A program made the translations under genes and the position numbers. Positions 37,168-46,831 of a stretch of 64,000 nucleotides of DNA are shown here, one piece after another. The stretch is taken from IMG/VR virus record IMGVR_UViG_3300027319_000001; one strand, 5' to 3'. Numbering within the stretch: position 1 is the first letter of the stretch; every line of letters begins with the position of its first letter. The notes below the pieces were generated by a model. It had not been told where the DNA came from. It did not search any database and saw only the letters and a program-made list of their open reading frames with translations. The DNA is from a virus.

Positions 37168-39120
37168 GTGGCCTACAGCCGTAATATCGTGCTCTCTACT
37201 GACCATCTTGAGCACGTAGTGCGTCATTTTCTTCGGCACGGCGCGTTTTCTTTTGATGTTGAAACTGTTGATCCGCATAGGAATATCCCGCCGTACAACA
37301 CGGTGACGTGGATTTCGCTTGCCACGTATGGGATGGCGGTCACCATTCCGATGGGTCACGAACGTGGTGACCGGATCATTGGCCAGAAAAAGGAGCCAAG
37401 GCTGACGAAAACTGGGAAAATTCAGAACCGTACGGTTCACATCTGGTCTAAAGCGCCGGAGCAGCTTCGCCCGTCACAGGTGTTTGAGGCGCTTGATCCT
37501 CTGTTTTCGTCGGATCGCCTCAAGATCGCGCACAACGCTGTTTTTGATCTGGGCAGTATTGCGAAATACCGAGAAGGTAAGCCGCCTGCGGAGCCGTACT
37601 ATGACACCCAGATCACGTGCGCTTTGGTTGATGAGAACCAGCTGAAGAGCCTTAAGGCTCAAGTGAACAGGATCTGGGGCGTCGACTACGACAAGGAGGA
37701 AATTGGGCGAACCGGTGTCGACCGGTTTCCTTTCTCGCAGGTTGCTCGCTACTCCTACTTGGACAGTCTTTTCACATGGTTGCTTTATCTCAAGCTTGAT
37801 CCTCTGATTGACAAGCTCGGGATTCGGGACTTGTGTGATCTGGAGATGGCGAACATCCCCGGAATCCTGGACATGGTGATGCACGGCGCTCCCGTGGACG
37901 CGTCCGTCCTGAGGGAGTTTGGAGATGAGCTGAGGAAGCGCAAGGTCGATATCCAGGCAGAGGTCTATAAGCGCGCTGGCAAGGTCTTCAATCTTGGATC
38001 TTCCCGGCAGAAGGCAGAGGTTCTGTACCTTCCGAAAAGCAAGGGAGGGCAGGGTCTTAAGCCCATGATGCTGACGGATGGCGGCATCAAGAAAAAGAAG
38101 ACTGGCCAGAAGCTGGACATTTACGACTATTCCACCAAAGCTGATGCGCTTGAGCCCTACGCCAAGAATCCGGTGGTCGAAAAGATTCTCGAATACCAGG
38201 CTGTTGAGAAGCTGATCAGCACCTACGTGGATGGGATTCTCGGCGTTGAAGGGAATCCGGATAAACCGTGCATCCTCATCAACGGCCGTGTCCACGGAAG
38301 CTTCAACCCTGTTGGTGCGCGGACAGGCCGGTTCTCGTCGTCCAACCCGAACCTTCAGAACATTCCTTCGCGAACTGAGGATGGTCGGCGGATCCGCAGC
38401 GCTTACTGCGCTGACCCTGGCTATGCGTTAGTGGTCTTCGACTACTCGCAGATTGAGTTGGTGCTGCTTGCGCACTTCATTGGCAAGGGAGCACTTTTTG
38501 ACGGTTTCTGGAACGGTGTCGATCCTCACACGATGACCGCGTCGCTGGTGTTTGGTGTGCCTGTTGAGACGGTCGCAAAGGAAATGCGTTCAGTCGCCAA
38601 GGGTCTGAACTTTGCGATCGTGTACGGCGCTGGTCCGGCGACCGTTGCTGACATGGCTGGTATCAGCGTGGATGAGGCAAAGACACATATGGCCACGCAT
38701 CGCAAGATGTTTCCGGAAATCTATCGCTACAGGAACTATGTGATCAGCACTGCCAGGAGGCAAAAGCCTCCGCACGTTCGTACGCTTCTTGGGCGCTATC
38801 GCCGACTTCCTGAGCTTCTGTCCTCTAACGATGAGGTTCGGGCTCGTGCTGAGCGTCAGGCGTTCAACGCTCACATTCAGGGCTCCGGAGGGGACCTGAT
38901 GAAACTCGCCATGGTGCGGCTTCGTAAGCGCCTTCCCAAGGGGGCGACAATGATTTTGACTGTACACGACGAAATCGTGGTCCATGCTCCGAAGGAAATT
39001 AGCGAGGAAGTCGCAGAGGCGGTGAGAGAAGCGGCAACGGGAGAAGAGATTCAGAAACTGTTCCGCGTTCCTGTTACCGGAGAGCTGGCCATTGTGGAGA
39101 GGTGGAGTGATGCTAAGTGA
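37168..39120 (+). CDS. polA: DNA polymerase I (family A) with 3'-5' exonuclease domain
   Basis: Exo motifs FDVET, HNAVFDL, YSYLD; pol motifs DYSQIELVLLAH, RSVAKGLNFAIVYG, VHDEIVV. Confidence 0.92.
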   Translation: MAYSRNIVLSTDHLEHVVRHFLRHGAFSFDVETVDPHRNIPPYNTVTWISLATYGMAVTIPMGHERGDRIIGQKKEPRLTKTGKIQNRTVHIWSKAPEQLRPSQVFEALDPLFSSDRLKIAHNAVFDLGSIAKYREGKPPAEPYYDTQITCALVDENQLKSLKAQVNRIWGVDYDKEEIGRTGVDRFPFSQVARYSYLDSLFTWLLYLKLDPLIDKLGIRDLCDLEMANIPGILDMVMHGAPVDASVLREFGDELRKRKVDIQAEVYKRAGKVFNLGSSRQKAEVLYLPKSKGGQGLKPMMLTDGGIKKKKTGQKLDIYDYSTKADALEPYAKNPVVEKILEYQAVEKLISTYVDGILGVEGNPDKPCILINGRVHGSFNPVGARTGRFSSSNPNLQNIPSRTEDGRRIRSAYCADPGYALVVFDYSQIELVLLAHFIGKGALFDGFWNGVDPHTMTASLVFGVPVETVAKEMRSVAKGLNFAIVYGAGPATVADMAGISVDEAKTHMATHRKMFPEIYRYRNYVISTARRQKPPHVRTLLGRYRRLPELLSSNDEVRARAERQAFNAHIQGSGGDLMKLAMVRLRKRLPKGATMILTVHDEIVVHAPKEISEEVAEAVREAATGEEIQKLFRVPVTGELAIVERWSDAK

Positions 39121-39509
39121 CTCCTGAAGAAGAGCAGGAGTACGTGACAACTCGATTGCGTCAGAACGTGGTGATGGATCTGTGTCACAACAAGGATCCG
39201 TTACCTATTATGCGCCGTGCCGGGCTGGTCCCGCCGAGTACTGAGGGATTGAAAATTGCTCGGGCCGAAAGTGAGCACCGTCTTGCTTGCGTTGCTCCAC
39301 TAGTTTTTGAGGTGAATCGTCTCGCTCAGATTGTTTCTGAGATGGTCATGCACATTATCCTGAGTGGAGACGGTGAAAAGCCACCTCCTGAAGTTGTGGC
39401 TGAGGCTGAGGTGCAGAACGCGATGCTTATCAGAATCGGGACACTGATAGTTATCGCGCATCTGCTCGAAGCCGATATTTTGCATTACTCGGAGAGGGTT
39501 GTGAAATGA
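39117..39509 (+). CDS. Hypothetical protein
   Basis: 130-aa ORF, GTGA overlap with polA. Confidence 0.5.
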   Translation: MTPEEEQEYVTTRLRQNVVMDLCHNKDPLPIMRRAGLVPPSTEGLKIARAESEHRLACVAPLVFEVNRLAQIVSEMVMHIILSGDGEKPPPEVVAEAEVQNAMLIRIGTLIVIAHLLEADILHYSERVVK

Positions 39510-39916
39510 CTGGGTTCTGGGCGCAGAGGCTTGCCGAGATGCGTGGCAGGAAGTTCACTATTGCGGATCGAGCTCCTGTAGCGCCCGTATATCGGCCGTG
39601 GTGGGATCAGAACCCGTATCAGCCTCAGGAGCAGCCTCAGCCTCAGCAGCTTGCAGATCAGGAGATCCGCATTCCTAAGGGGCTCCGGTCTGCGCATTTG
39701 ACCGATCGTTGTCCCGGGTGCGCTTCGCAGAACTATATGGCACCGCCCAACACGAATGCTCGGAAACGGTGCTATGACTGCGGCTTTCCGATTGTTCAGT
39801 CGGGCACCGACGCAGGTTTGCCTGGTGATAGTTCGATGCCTGTCCAGCCTGCGCGTCAGATTCACGACGGAACAAGTAATTACAACCCTTCGCACATCGT
39901 CGCCCGGGTTGGTTGA
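39506..39916 (+). CDS. Hypothetical zinc-ribbon protein
   Basis: CPGCASQ...CYDCGFP; Gln/Pro-rich stretch. Confidence 0.5.
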   Translation: MTGFWAQRLAEMRGRKFTIADRAPVAPVYRPWWDQNPYQPQEQPQPQQLADQEIRIPKGLRSAHLTDRCPGCASQNYMAPPNTNARKRCYDCGFPIVQSGTDAGLPGDSSMPVQPARQIHDGTSNYNPSHIVARVG

Positions 39917-39965
39917 TCCATAAGGTTGGTTAATCCATAAACTTCTCACCCGTAAGGACAAGACC

Positions 39966-41921
39966 TTGAGCGTTCTCGCCCTTGACGGGTCTCTGATCGA
40001 CCCGTACAGCCAGTTCATCGCCCTTTCCCGCTACGCCCGCTACCTGGACGAAAAGAATCGGCGGGAGAAGTGGGTAGAGTCTGTCGAGCGCTATATGGAT
40101 TTCATGGTGGCGCATCTGAAGCGCAAGCACGGATACGTTCCGGATCCTGTGCTTGTGGACGAGATCGCTTACGCCATTAAGAATCTTGAGATTATGCCGT
40201 CTATGCGGGCACTCATGACGGCAGGTCCGGCTCTGGATATTTCAAATGTGGCCGGGTACAACTGCTCGTATCTGCCTATTGATGATCTGGCTGCGTTCTC
40301 AGAGATCTTGTTTATCCTGATGAACGGCACCGGTGTTGGTTATAGCGTTGAGCGCTATTACGTGGACCAGTTGCCACCGGTTGCTGAGGCCCGAAGGGAG
40401 ACGAACGTTCCGAATATCATCGTAGGTGACTCCAAGCTTGGGTGGGCGACCGCGTATCGTTCACTGATCAGCTACCTGTGGGAGTACGGCGTCACGCCAA
40501 CCTATGACCTGTCGCAGGTGCGTCCGGCTGGTTCTCGTCTGAAGACCTTTGGCGGCCGTGCCAGCGGACCGGAGCCTCTTCGCGAGCTTTTTGAGTACAC
40601 GATTGAGCTGCTTAACAGCGCTCGCGGCCGGAAGCTGCGTCCGATTGAGGTGCATGATCTCGTCTGCAAGATCGCAAGCGTGGTGGTCGTAGGCGGCGTG
40701 CGCCGTTCGGCGATGATTGCGCTTAGTGATCTGGACGATGAGGAGATGGCCACTGCGAAATCGGGCGAGTGGTGGACAACCCATCCTCATCGCGCACTGG
40801 CCAATATCAGCGCCGTCTACCATGACAAGCCAAGCCGCGAGGATTTCAACCGCGAATGGGACACTCTGGTAAGCAGCGGCTCAGGTGAGCGTGGGATCTT
40901 CAACCGCGCTTCCGCGCAGCGGCAGGCCGCTCGTAATGGCCTCCGGGACATTACTGCCCGTTACGGAACCAATCCGTGCGGTGAGATCATCCTTAAGCCT
41001 ATGTCGTTTTGCAACCTGACTGAGGTTATCGTCAGGCCGAAGGATGATCTGCACCTTCTGCGCTGGAAGGGCCGCCTCGCCACGATTCTCGGGACCTGGC
41101 AGTCAACCTTGACGGACTTCCCCTTCCTGCGACCTCAGTGGAGGCGCAACGCTGAGGAAGAGCGCCTGCTCGGTGTGTCTCTGACGGGAATCTATGACAA
41201 CCCGTTGACGGCTAACACTACCGATGAGCTGGGCGACGCGCTGGCCATCCTCCGTACGGAGGCTCGCGCAGCTAACGCCATTGAGGCGGCGAAAATCGGC
41301 ATTCCGGTAAGCGCTGCCATCACGTGCGTCAAGCCCTCTGGGACTGTCTCTCAGCTGGCTGGCTCCGCTTCTGGAATCCACCCCTGGCATGCGCGGTACT
41401 ACATCAGGAGAGTCCGTGCGGATATCAAGGATCCGCTCGCGCAGCTTATGCGGGACAGCGGAGTCCCGTGTGAGCCGGATATCACGGCTCCGGACAAGAC
41501 GCTGGTGTTTTCTTTCCCTATCGCCGCTCCGGAGGGCGCGGTGACCCGTGCCGACCTGTCGGCCGTTGAGCATCTGGAGCACTGGCTGGTCTACAGGCGT
41601 TATTGGTGTGAGCACAATCCCTCAGTCACGGTTAGTGTGCGGAGGGACGAGTGGGACAAGGTCAGGGAATGGGTCTGGGAGCACCTTGAGGATTTGACGG
41701 GTGTGACCTTCCTGCCGTATGCAGACGAGGATCACGTGTACGAACAGGCTCCCTACCAGGAAATCACCGAGGACACCTATCGCGCTCTCCGTGCTGAATT
41801 CCCTGAGGTCCGGTGGGAAGACCTCCCCTTCTATGAGATGGAGGACTCCACTCAGGGCGTGCAGGAGCTCGCCTGCTCGGCAGGTGCCTGTGACGTGGCG
41901 GATCTGACGTCGGCAGCGTAA
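39966..41921 (+). CDS. nrdJ: Ribonucleotide reductase, single-chain (class II, B12-dependent type inferred)
   Basis: TNPCGEIIL and FCNLTEV active-site region; 651 aa; no beta-subunit gene in the window. Confidence 0.8.
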   Translation: MSVLALDGSLIDPYSQFIALSRYARYLDEKNRREKWVESVERYMDFMVAHLKRKHGYVPDPVLVDEIAYAIKNLEIMPSMRALMTAGPALDISNVAGYNCSYLPIDDLAAFSEILFILMNGTGVGYSVERYYVDQLPPVAEARRETNVPNIIVGDSKLGWATAYRSLISYLWEYGVTPTYDLSQVRPAGSRLKTFGGRASGPEPLRELFEYTIELLNSARGRKLRPIEVHDLVCKIASVVVVGGVRRSAMIALSDLDDEEMATAKSGEWWTTHPHRALANISAVYHDKPSREDFNREWDTLVSSGSGERGIFNRASAQRQAARNGLRDITARYGTNPCGEIILKPMSFCNLTEVIVRPKDDLHLLRWKGRLATILGTWQSTLTDFPFLRPQWRRNAEEERLLGVSLTGIYDNPLTANTTDELGDALAILRTEARAANAIEAAKIGIPVSAAITCVKPSGTVSQLAGSASGIHPWHARYYIRRVRADIKDPLAQLMRDSGVPCEPDITAPDKTLVFSFPIAAPEGAVTRADLSAVEHLEHWLVYRRYWCEHNPSVTVSVRRDEWDKVREWVWEHLEDLTGVTFLPYADEDHVYEQAPYQEITEDTYRALRAEFPEVRWEDLPFYEMEDSTQGVQELACSAGACDVADLTSAA

Positions 41922-41951
41922 TCAAATCTTTATAAAGATCTTCGGCTCTAG

Positions 41952-42021
41952 AGTTGATACGTCGGTTGAGGCCATGCGGGTAGACATTTAACCTCTCTCC
42001 GCATGGCCTCAAGTATCAACT
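41952..42021. promoter_or_regulatory. Composite inverted repeat between RNR and recA
   Basis: agttgatacg 41952-41961 and gtatcaact 42013-42021 flank a 14-bp stem (ttgaggccatgcgg 41966-41979 / ccgcatggcctcaa 41999-42012). Confidence 0.7.
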
Positions 42022-42030
42022 AGGGGAAAC

Positions 42031-43095
42031 GTGACACCGGAAACCCTCGCGCTTATCAACCAGATCAATAAAAAGCTGGGTGAGGGAACTCTTGTAACCG
42101 GATCCGAGATGGCCGTAACCGGCCGGATCACTAGCGGTTCTCTGGGGCTGGACATCATCCTCGGGGGAGGCTGGCCAGTCAATCAGTGGCACGAAATCAT
42201 CGGGAAGGAAAGCCACGGGAAAACGGCTATCGCATTGAAGACGGTTGCCGCGAACCAGGCGAAGAATCCGGATTTCGTCACCCTGTGGGTAGCAGCTGAG
42301 AAGTATGACGTCGGTCAGGCTGAGGCCATTGGAGTGGACAATTCACGTGTCGTTGTGCTGCCCACTCAGGATATGGAGCTGGCATATGAAACCATGCTCC
42401 AGTTTGCTGAGCGGCGTGCGTGTGACCTGATTGTCCTGGATTCTTATCCGGCTCTCATTCCCGCTGAAGAGGCGGAGAAGAGCATGGATGAGTCCGTGAT
42501 GGCTATTGGTGCCAGGCTGACTGGGAAGTTTTTCCGCAAGGCGGGAAAGGCCACCAAGCGAAGTTTGACCGGTGATGATCGACCGGTTACCGGTCTGATC
42601 ATTAACCAGTGGAGAGACGCTATTGGAGTGTTCTCTCCGCAGGGCACTGCGCAGACCACGCCAGGTGGGAACGCAAAGAACTATTTTTTCTACACACGTG
42701 TTGAGGTAAAGCGGGACGAATACATTGATGAAACCCGTCCGGGACATGGCAAGGCCCGAGTTGGGCAAGTGATCAAATTCCGGACCATCAAGAACAAGTC
42801 TGCACCCCCTCAGCAAGTCGCCACCGTTGATTTCTACTTCCGTGACGCTCCGTTCCTTGGTTTCCTGCGTGGAGAGTTCGATACCGCGAAGGAAATCTTT
42901 GTCTACGCGGTGCTATACGGGATCATTCAGCGCCGGGGAGCCTACTACATCCTCGGTGACAACAAGTGGCAGGGCAAGGAAGCCGTACTGGATCACATCA
43001 GGGCGAACACAGAGCTGCAGGACAAACTGCTCCGCGATGTTATCGAGCAGTCCAGGCGGCCGGATCGGGAGCTCTATTCGCAGGAGGAGCCGTGA
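42031..43095 (+). CDS. recA: RecA recombinase
   Basis: GSLGLDIILGGGWPVNQWHEIIGKESHGKTAIAL, LIVLDSYPAL. Confidence 0.9.
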   Translation: MTPETLALINQINKKLGEGTLVTGSEMAVTGRITSGSLGLDIILGGGWPVNQWHEIIGKESHGKTAIALKTVAANQAKNPDFVTLWVAAEKYDVGQAEAIGVDNSRVVVLPTQDMELAYETMLQFAERRACDLIVLDSYPALIPAEEAEKSMDESVMAIGARLTGKFFRKAGKATKRSLTGDDRPVTGLIINQWRDAIGVFSPQGTAQTTPGGNAKNYFFYTRVEVKRDEYIDETRPGHGKARVGQVIKFRTIKNKSAPPQQVATVDFYFRDAPFLGFLRGEFDTAKEIFVYAVLYGIIQRRGAYYILGDNKWQGKEAVLDHIRANTELQDKLLRDVIEQSRRPDRELYSQEEP

Positions 43096-43312
43096 ATTAC
43101 GATGAAGTGAATAAGCTGAGGCTGCTGAGGATGTAATCAAGTTTTTTCTACGGCTTCATCGTTCTCATCCTTGCGCAGAAGAAGGAACATCCTCGCCGCC
43201 GGACGGGCGGAGAGGCTAAACGCCTGTGGAGGCGACGTAAGACCCCCCTTTGGGGTGGCAGACGCCTGTGAAGCAGGAAGCCGCAGAAGTGCCGAACTGG
43301 CACAGGCTGAAT

Positions 43313-43343
43313 CCCCGGCCTTCAGGCGGGGAGCGCGTCAACT
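43313..43343 (+). repeat. Copy A of a conserved hairpin module
   Basis: ccccggccttcagg-cggggagcgcgtcaact; identical apart from a 1-nt deletion to 63928-63959. Confidence 0.6.
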
Positions 43344-43411
43344 GCGGAGACACGCCCATGGGTCGTCCGAGTGGATTCGCTTGCTAGAACATGAGCTAAT
43401 CGGAAGTGAGC

Positions 43412-43492
43412 ATGGAAATCCTCGCTACCCTTGCAGCCATGGCAGTTTCGCTGGTTGTGTACTCACTGGTAAGTAGATGGGAGCGAGGATGA
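43412..43492 (+). CDS. 26-aa hydrophobic mini-protein (tentative)
   Basis: MEILATLAAMAVSLVVYSLVSRWERG*; stop overlaps the next ATG (GGATGA). Confidence 0.35.
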   Translation: MEILATLAAMAVSLVVYSLVSRWERG

Positions 43493-43596
43493 GCATCGAA
43501 GTCGCGATCACCATTCTCGTCGTTGCGATAGTGGTGGCACAGGGACTTGTAGACGCCATCGTCGAATGGTTTGAGCACAGAAGGGATCCAAGATGA
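43489..43596 (+). CDS. 35-aa hydrophobic mini-protein (tentative)
   Basis: MSIEVAITILVVAIVVAQGLVDAIVEWFEHRRDPR*; ATGA overlaps at both ends. Confidence 0.4.
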   Translation: MSIEVAITILVVAIVVAQGLVDAIVEWFEHRRDPR

Positions 43597-43880
43597 GCAA
43601 CAAGGCGTCGTTCGACCTGAACTTCAAGGATTTCCTCGGGAACCAGATCAGTGTCCCCGGTTATGTGCTCTATCCGGGCTCTGATGGGGAGATGGTGTAC
43701 GGACGCTTGGTTGGTCTCCGCACGTGGGCTGGGACGAATGGCCCTGAGGTCCGGCTGCGCATCATTCCTTTGAAGCGGTCTTCTATTTCTGACGGCATTT
43801 GTGCTGAGCTCCAGATTCCGGTGGTAGTGAAGAATTGGCGGAACGTAGTCGCGGTTAATGCAGCTATCGGCGGGTTTTGA
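43593..43880 (+). CDS. Hypothetical protein
   Basis: 95-aa ORF, translationally coupled on both sides. Confidence 0.5.
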   Translation: MSNKASFDLNFKDFLGNQISVPGYVLYPGSDGEMVYGRLVGLRTWAGTNGPEVRLRIIPLKRSSISDGICAELQIPVVVKNWRNVVAVNAAIGGF

Positions 43881-44185
43881 TGGATAGCCGTATTAGAGCG
43901 TCACGGCGTCAGGAGATCAGGGGCGCGAAACTCCACGGAGGAACCAGGAATTCGGGGTCTGGAAACGGCCCTTGGCGGAAGGCCGACGTCCGTACTCCTG
44001 ATGAGCTGTGGGAGTTCAAGCGCACTGACAAAGAACAGTTTACTTTGAAGCTGAGGGATCTCCTCACAGCAGAGAAGCATGCCCTTTCTGAGGGACGCTC
44101 TATGCGGTTTGGAATCGAAATTGGCGGCAGACACTGGGTTGTTCTCTCCGAAGAGGACTACCTAGAGCTTCGGGGGAACACATAG
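43877..44185 (+). CDS. Putative PD-(D/E)XK-type endonuclease/resolvase
   Basis: NSGSGNGPWRKADV...LWEFKRT gives a D...ExK arrangement; 102 aa. Confidence 0.45.
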   Translation: MMDSRIRASRRQEIRGAKLHGGTRNSGSGNGPWRKADVRTPDELWEFKRTDKEQFTLKLRDLLTAEKHALSEGRSMRFGIEIGGRHWVVLSEEDYLELRGNT

Positions 44186-44589
44186 TGGTACTGAAGCCAC
44201 GAATGAACGCTCCGGATTGGACAGCGGGAGGGAACGAGGAAAAGGCGGCAAAGTGTATAAAGTTTCCTCCTGACCGTGAATCCGGATATGACCCATGGTT
44301 CATGGAGGAGTACGAGGAAGACTGTCTGGATATCTGCAATGGGACATGGGACGGGAAGGTCTGTCCCATGCGCCAGCAGTGTCTGGAGTTTTCAATTATC
44401 AATAACGAAGCTTATGGCGTATGGGGCGGACTCCCACCGCATGACCGCCTCGTAATGAGAAAAGCTCGCCGCCAGAACCCTTACATGGAAATCAAATGGC
44501 ATCCACCTACTCCCAGGAAACCGGATCTGTCCGAAGAAGACCTGCTCGACCTGGAGGAAGTCGACGAACTGGAAGAAGTACTCGACTGA
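44185..44589 (+). CDS. whiB: WhiB-family transcription factor
   Basis: Cys cluster plus CPMRQQCLEFSIINNEAYGVWGGLPPHDR; acidic C-terminal tail. Confidence 0.75.
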   Translation: MVLKPRMNAPDWTAGGNEEKAAKCIKFPPDRESGYDPWFMEEYEEDCLDICNGTWDGKVCPMRQQCLEFSIINNEAYGVWGGLPPHDRLVMRKARRQNPYMEIKWHPPTPRKPDLSEEDLLDLEEVDELEEVLD

Positions 44590-44660
44590 CCGGTCGTCTT
44601 GCCGATTTCGCCAAGGCCAAGCAGACTGGTGGAATTCTCGGAGATGTCCGGCTGTACCTG

Positions 44661-45731
44661 ATGCGCAAGGCCGATCAGGCTAGTGATCGCAGGCAGGACA
44701 TCATCCATCCCAGCGAGATGGCATCACATGAGTGGTGTCCGCGTAGAACGTATTACCGGATCAGGGATGTGCGCGCTGGACGCGCGTGGACTCCCGAGAG
44801 GCACTCCGCAGGAACCCTGGCCATTTTTGAGGAAGGGCACTTCATCCATCGCAAATGGCAGGGCTGGCTGCGTGAGATGGGTGTCCTGAAGGGGCGCTGG
44901 GATTGCCTGGAGTGTGCGCGGAAGGGCGTGGCTTATGGGCTTGATCCTGGCTCGTGCCCGGAGTGCAGCAGTGTCGTGGGAGTGGTGTATGGGGAGGTGC
45001 CTCTTGACGCCACTCGTGAGCTGCTGATTGCTGGCAGCTCAGATGGATGGGTGGGAGACTCCCTTATTGAGATCAAGGGGATCGCAACCGGAACTCTGCG
45101 GATTGAGGCTCCTGAGCTCCTTAGGGAGCACACCCACAAGACGATCGGCGGAAAAGAGATTGTCGATATCAACGGAGCGTGGGAAGCGCTTAGCCGTCCG
45201 CTCCCGGCCCATATTCGGCAGGGACAGATCTACCTGCATCTTGCAGCCCTGATTGGCGTGCCGGTTGACACCATCACCTACCTGTATGAGTGCAAGGTCA
45301 ACCAGCAGGTCAAGGAATTCACTATAAGGCGTTCTGAGCGGATTGTACGGCCGCTGCTTGAGAAGGCAGAGACGATCGCGAATGCGATCAGGCATCCGGA
45401 TGAGGCCCCGATTCCTGACCGGGCTTTTGATAACCCTGATAAGCGCCCTTGCAAGACCTGCGAGTTTGCCAAGGAATGCTATGCGGAAAATTCGGCGGCA
45501 GCACAGCAATCGCGTAGCTCAGAGAGATCAGCAGCTGGTGGAGCGTATCGCCAGCCTGGACGTTCCGCCAGCGCCAGCCGATTCGCCTCCCATGCTCCCC
45601 AGGGACGTGACGGAGCTGTCATACCAGGATCTGATGATCTTGTTCGGGGAGATGACCGGGTGGGCCGCACACTACGCGGGACTCCTGGCACAGGCGGAAG
45701 CCCGCGAAGAGTCCGCAGAATCGCTTCTTGA
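44661..45731 (+). CDS. Cas4/RecB-like PD-(D/E)XK exonuclease
   Basis: WCPRRTYY, SSDGWVGDSLIEIKG, QGQIYLHL, C-terminal CKTCEFAKEC; the last ~85 codons are low-complexity and overlap the next gene. Confidence 0.65.
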   Translation: MRKADQASDRRQDIIHPSEMASHEWCPRRTYYRIRDVRAGRAWTPERHSAGTLAIFEEGHFIHRKWQGWLREMGVLKGRWDCLECARKGVAYGLDPGSCPECSSVVGVVYGEVPLDATRELLIAGSSDGWVGDSLIEIKGIATGTLRIEAPELLREHTHKTIGGKEIVDINGAWEALSRPLPAHIRQGQIYLHLAALIGVPVDTITYLYECKVNQQVKEFTIRRSERIVRPLLEKAETIANAIRHPDEAPIPDRAFDNPDKRPCKTCEFAKECYAENSAAAQQSRSSERSAAGGAYRQPGRSASASRFASHAPQGRDGAVIPGSDDLVRGDDRVGRTLRGTPGTGGSPRRVRRIAS

Positions 45732-45990
45732 GTTCCGGCGAGCACAGGCGAAAGAGGCTATTGCGAATCGAGGAGGGAAGAAGTCTGCGACTGAGGTTAA
45801 GGCGGCGGCTGAGGCTGATGAAGACGTCCAGTCCGCAAAAGAGGAGTACCTGAAGGCTCGCGCTGAGCGTCGGCTGGCACAGGTCCGTTACGACAACTCG
45901 TGCAGGTTTGCTGCGTTTCTGAGCCGTGAGTTGTCCCGCCGTACCGCTACCAGAGACCAGGACGGTAGAGCTGAGAAGTGGTTGCCCTGA
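45481..45990 (+). CDS. Hypothetical coiled-coil protein
   Basis: ATG 45481 in the +1 frame inside the 3' end of the nuclease ORF; later starts are possible (ATG 45592). Confidence 0.45.
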   Translation: MRKIRRQHSNRVAQRDQQLVERIASLDVPPAPADSPPMLPRDVTELSYQDLMILFGEMTGWAAHYAGLLAQAEAREESAESLLEFRRAQAKEAIANRGGKKSATEVKAAAEADEDVQSAKEEYLKARAERRLAQVRYDNSCRFAAFLSRELSRRTATRDQDGRAEKWLP

Positions 45991-46010
45991 GGAACGAAAT
46001 TGGGGGAACG

Positions 46011-46700
46011 ATGGACGTTCGTCTGCTTGCATACACGGTGATTACTGATCACGTACGGGATCGGCTCGGGAACGAGCCGGGAGTTTCGGACATTGATTTG
46101 CTTGCCGAGTATGCTGGCCGGAATTGTTACCAGTCATGGCACAAGCCAAATCCCGCTACTCGGGAAAACAGCGGATACATCGAAAACATCCGGAATCACA
46201 GGCATTGGTCCGTTCTGGAGCATGGGCAGGCCACATTTGAGGTTGAGGGGGTTTCTCTTGCGCTCATGTGGGAGCTGACCAGGCACCGCCATCTTTCGTT
46301 CTCTATTCGTTCTACGCGTTATTGCCCGCCGGATGGTTATGCCCTGCACCCCACACTTGCTCTGTTCGGGAAGCACAACAGGTCCATTATTGATTCTGTT
46401 GAGTCGGTGTGGGATGAGGCTCTTGCAGAGTATCACAATATTTTTGTGACTCTTCGTAAGAATGGTGTTCCGCTTAAGTCCTGCCGTGAGGCGGCTGCGC
46501 AGTTTCTTCCGGTGATGACGTCTACCTGTATTGTTGTGTCGGGCAATATGAGGGCGTGGCGGGAGGTTATTGAGAAGCGGAATGATCCCGCTGCTAACGC
46601 TGAGATTCAGATGCTGGCCAAGCTGGTCCTTGCCGAGCTGAAGGCGCTTGCTCCTAATACGTTTGCTGACCTGGAGCTGAATCCGGGGGAGAAGAAGTAG
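46011..46700 (+). CDS. thyX: FAD-dependent thymidylate synthase ThyX
   Basis: RHRHLSFSIRSTRY ThyX motif; ATG 46011 after gggggaacg. Confidence 0.9.
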   Translation: MDVRLLAYTVITDHVRDRLGNEPGVSDIDLLAEYAGRNCYQSWHKPNPATRENSGYIENIRNHRHWSVLEHGQATFEVEGVSLALMWELTRHRHLSFSIRSTRYCPPDGYALHPTLALFGKHNRSIIDSVESVWDEALAEYHNIFVTLRKNGVPLKSCREAAAQFLPVMTSTCIVVSGNMRAWREVIEKRNDPAANAEIQMLAKLVLAELKALAPNTFADLELNPGEKK

Positions 46701-46702
46701 CC

Positions 46703-46822
46703 ATGGACTGGTTGGATTTCCTGATTCTCATCGCTGTCATGGGATTGTTCATCAATGAGGCAGCATCTTACCTGGTGGCTGCTCGGGATTCCATTGAGCA
46801 GAACAGACAGATGAACGTTTAG
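46703..46822 (+). CDS. 39-aa hydrophobic mini-protein (tentative)
   Basis: MDWLDFLILIAVMGLFINEAASYLVAARDSIEQNRQMNV*. Confidence 0.35.
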   Translation: MDWLDFLILIAVMGLFINEAASYLVAARDSIEQNRQMNV

Positions 46823-46831
46823 GAGGGCTTG

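Noticed and set aside
39966-41921. Inteins or further introns in RNR, DnaB, Pol I, RecA or ThyX
   Set aside because: All are single uninterrupted ORFs of ordinary length, with motifs in the normal order and spacing. There are no extra insertion-sized segments or internal non-coding gaps.
43171-43476. 101-aa ORF in the gap after recA
   Set aside because: It has an Arg/Ala/Gly-rich translation and no RBS. It runs across hairpin module A and across the better-supported mini-ORF start at 43412, so I treated the region as non-coding leader.
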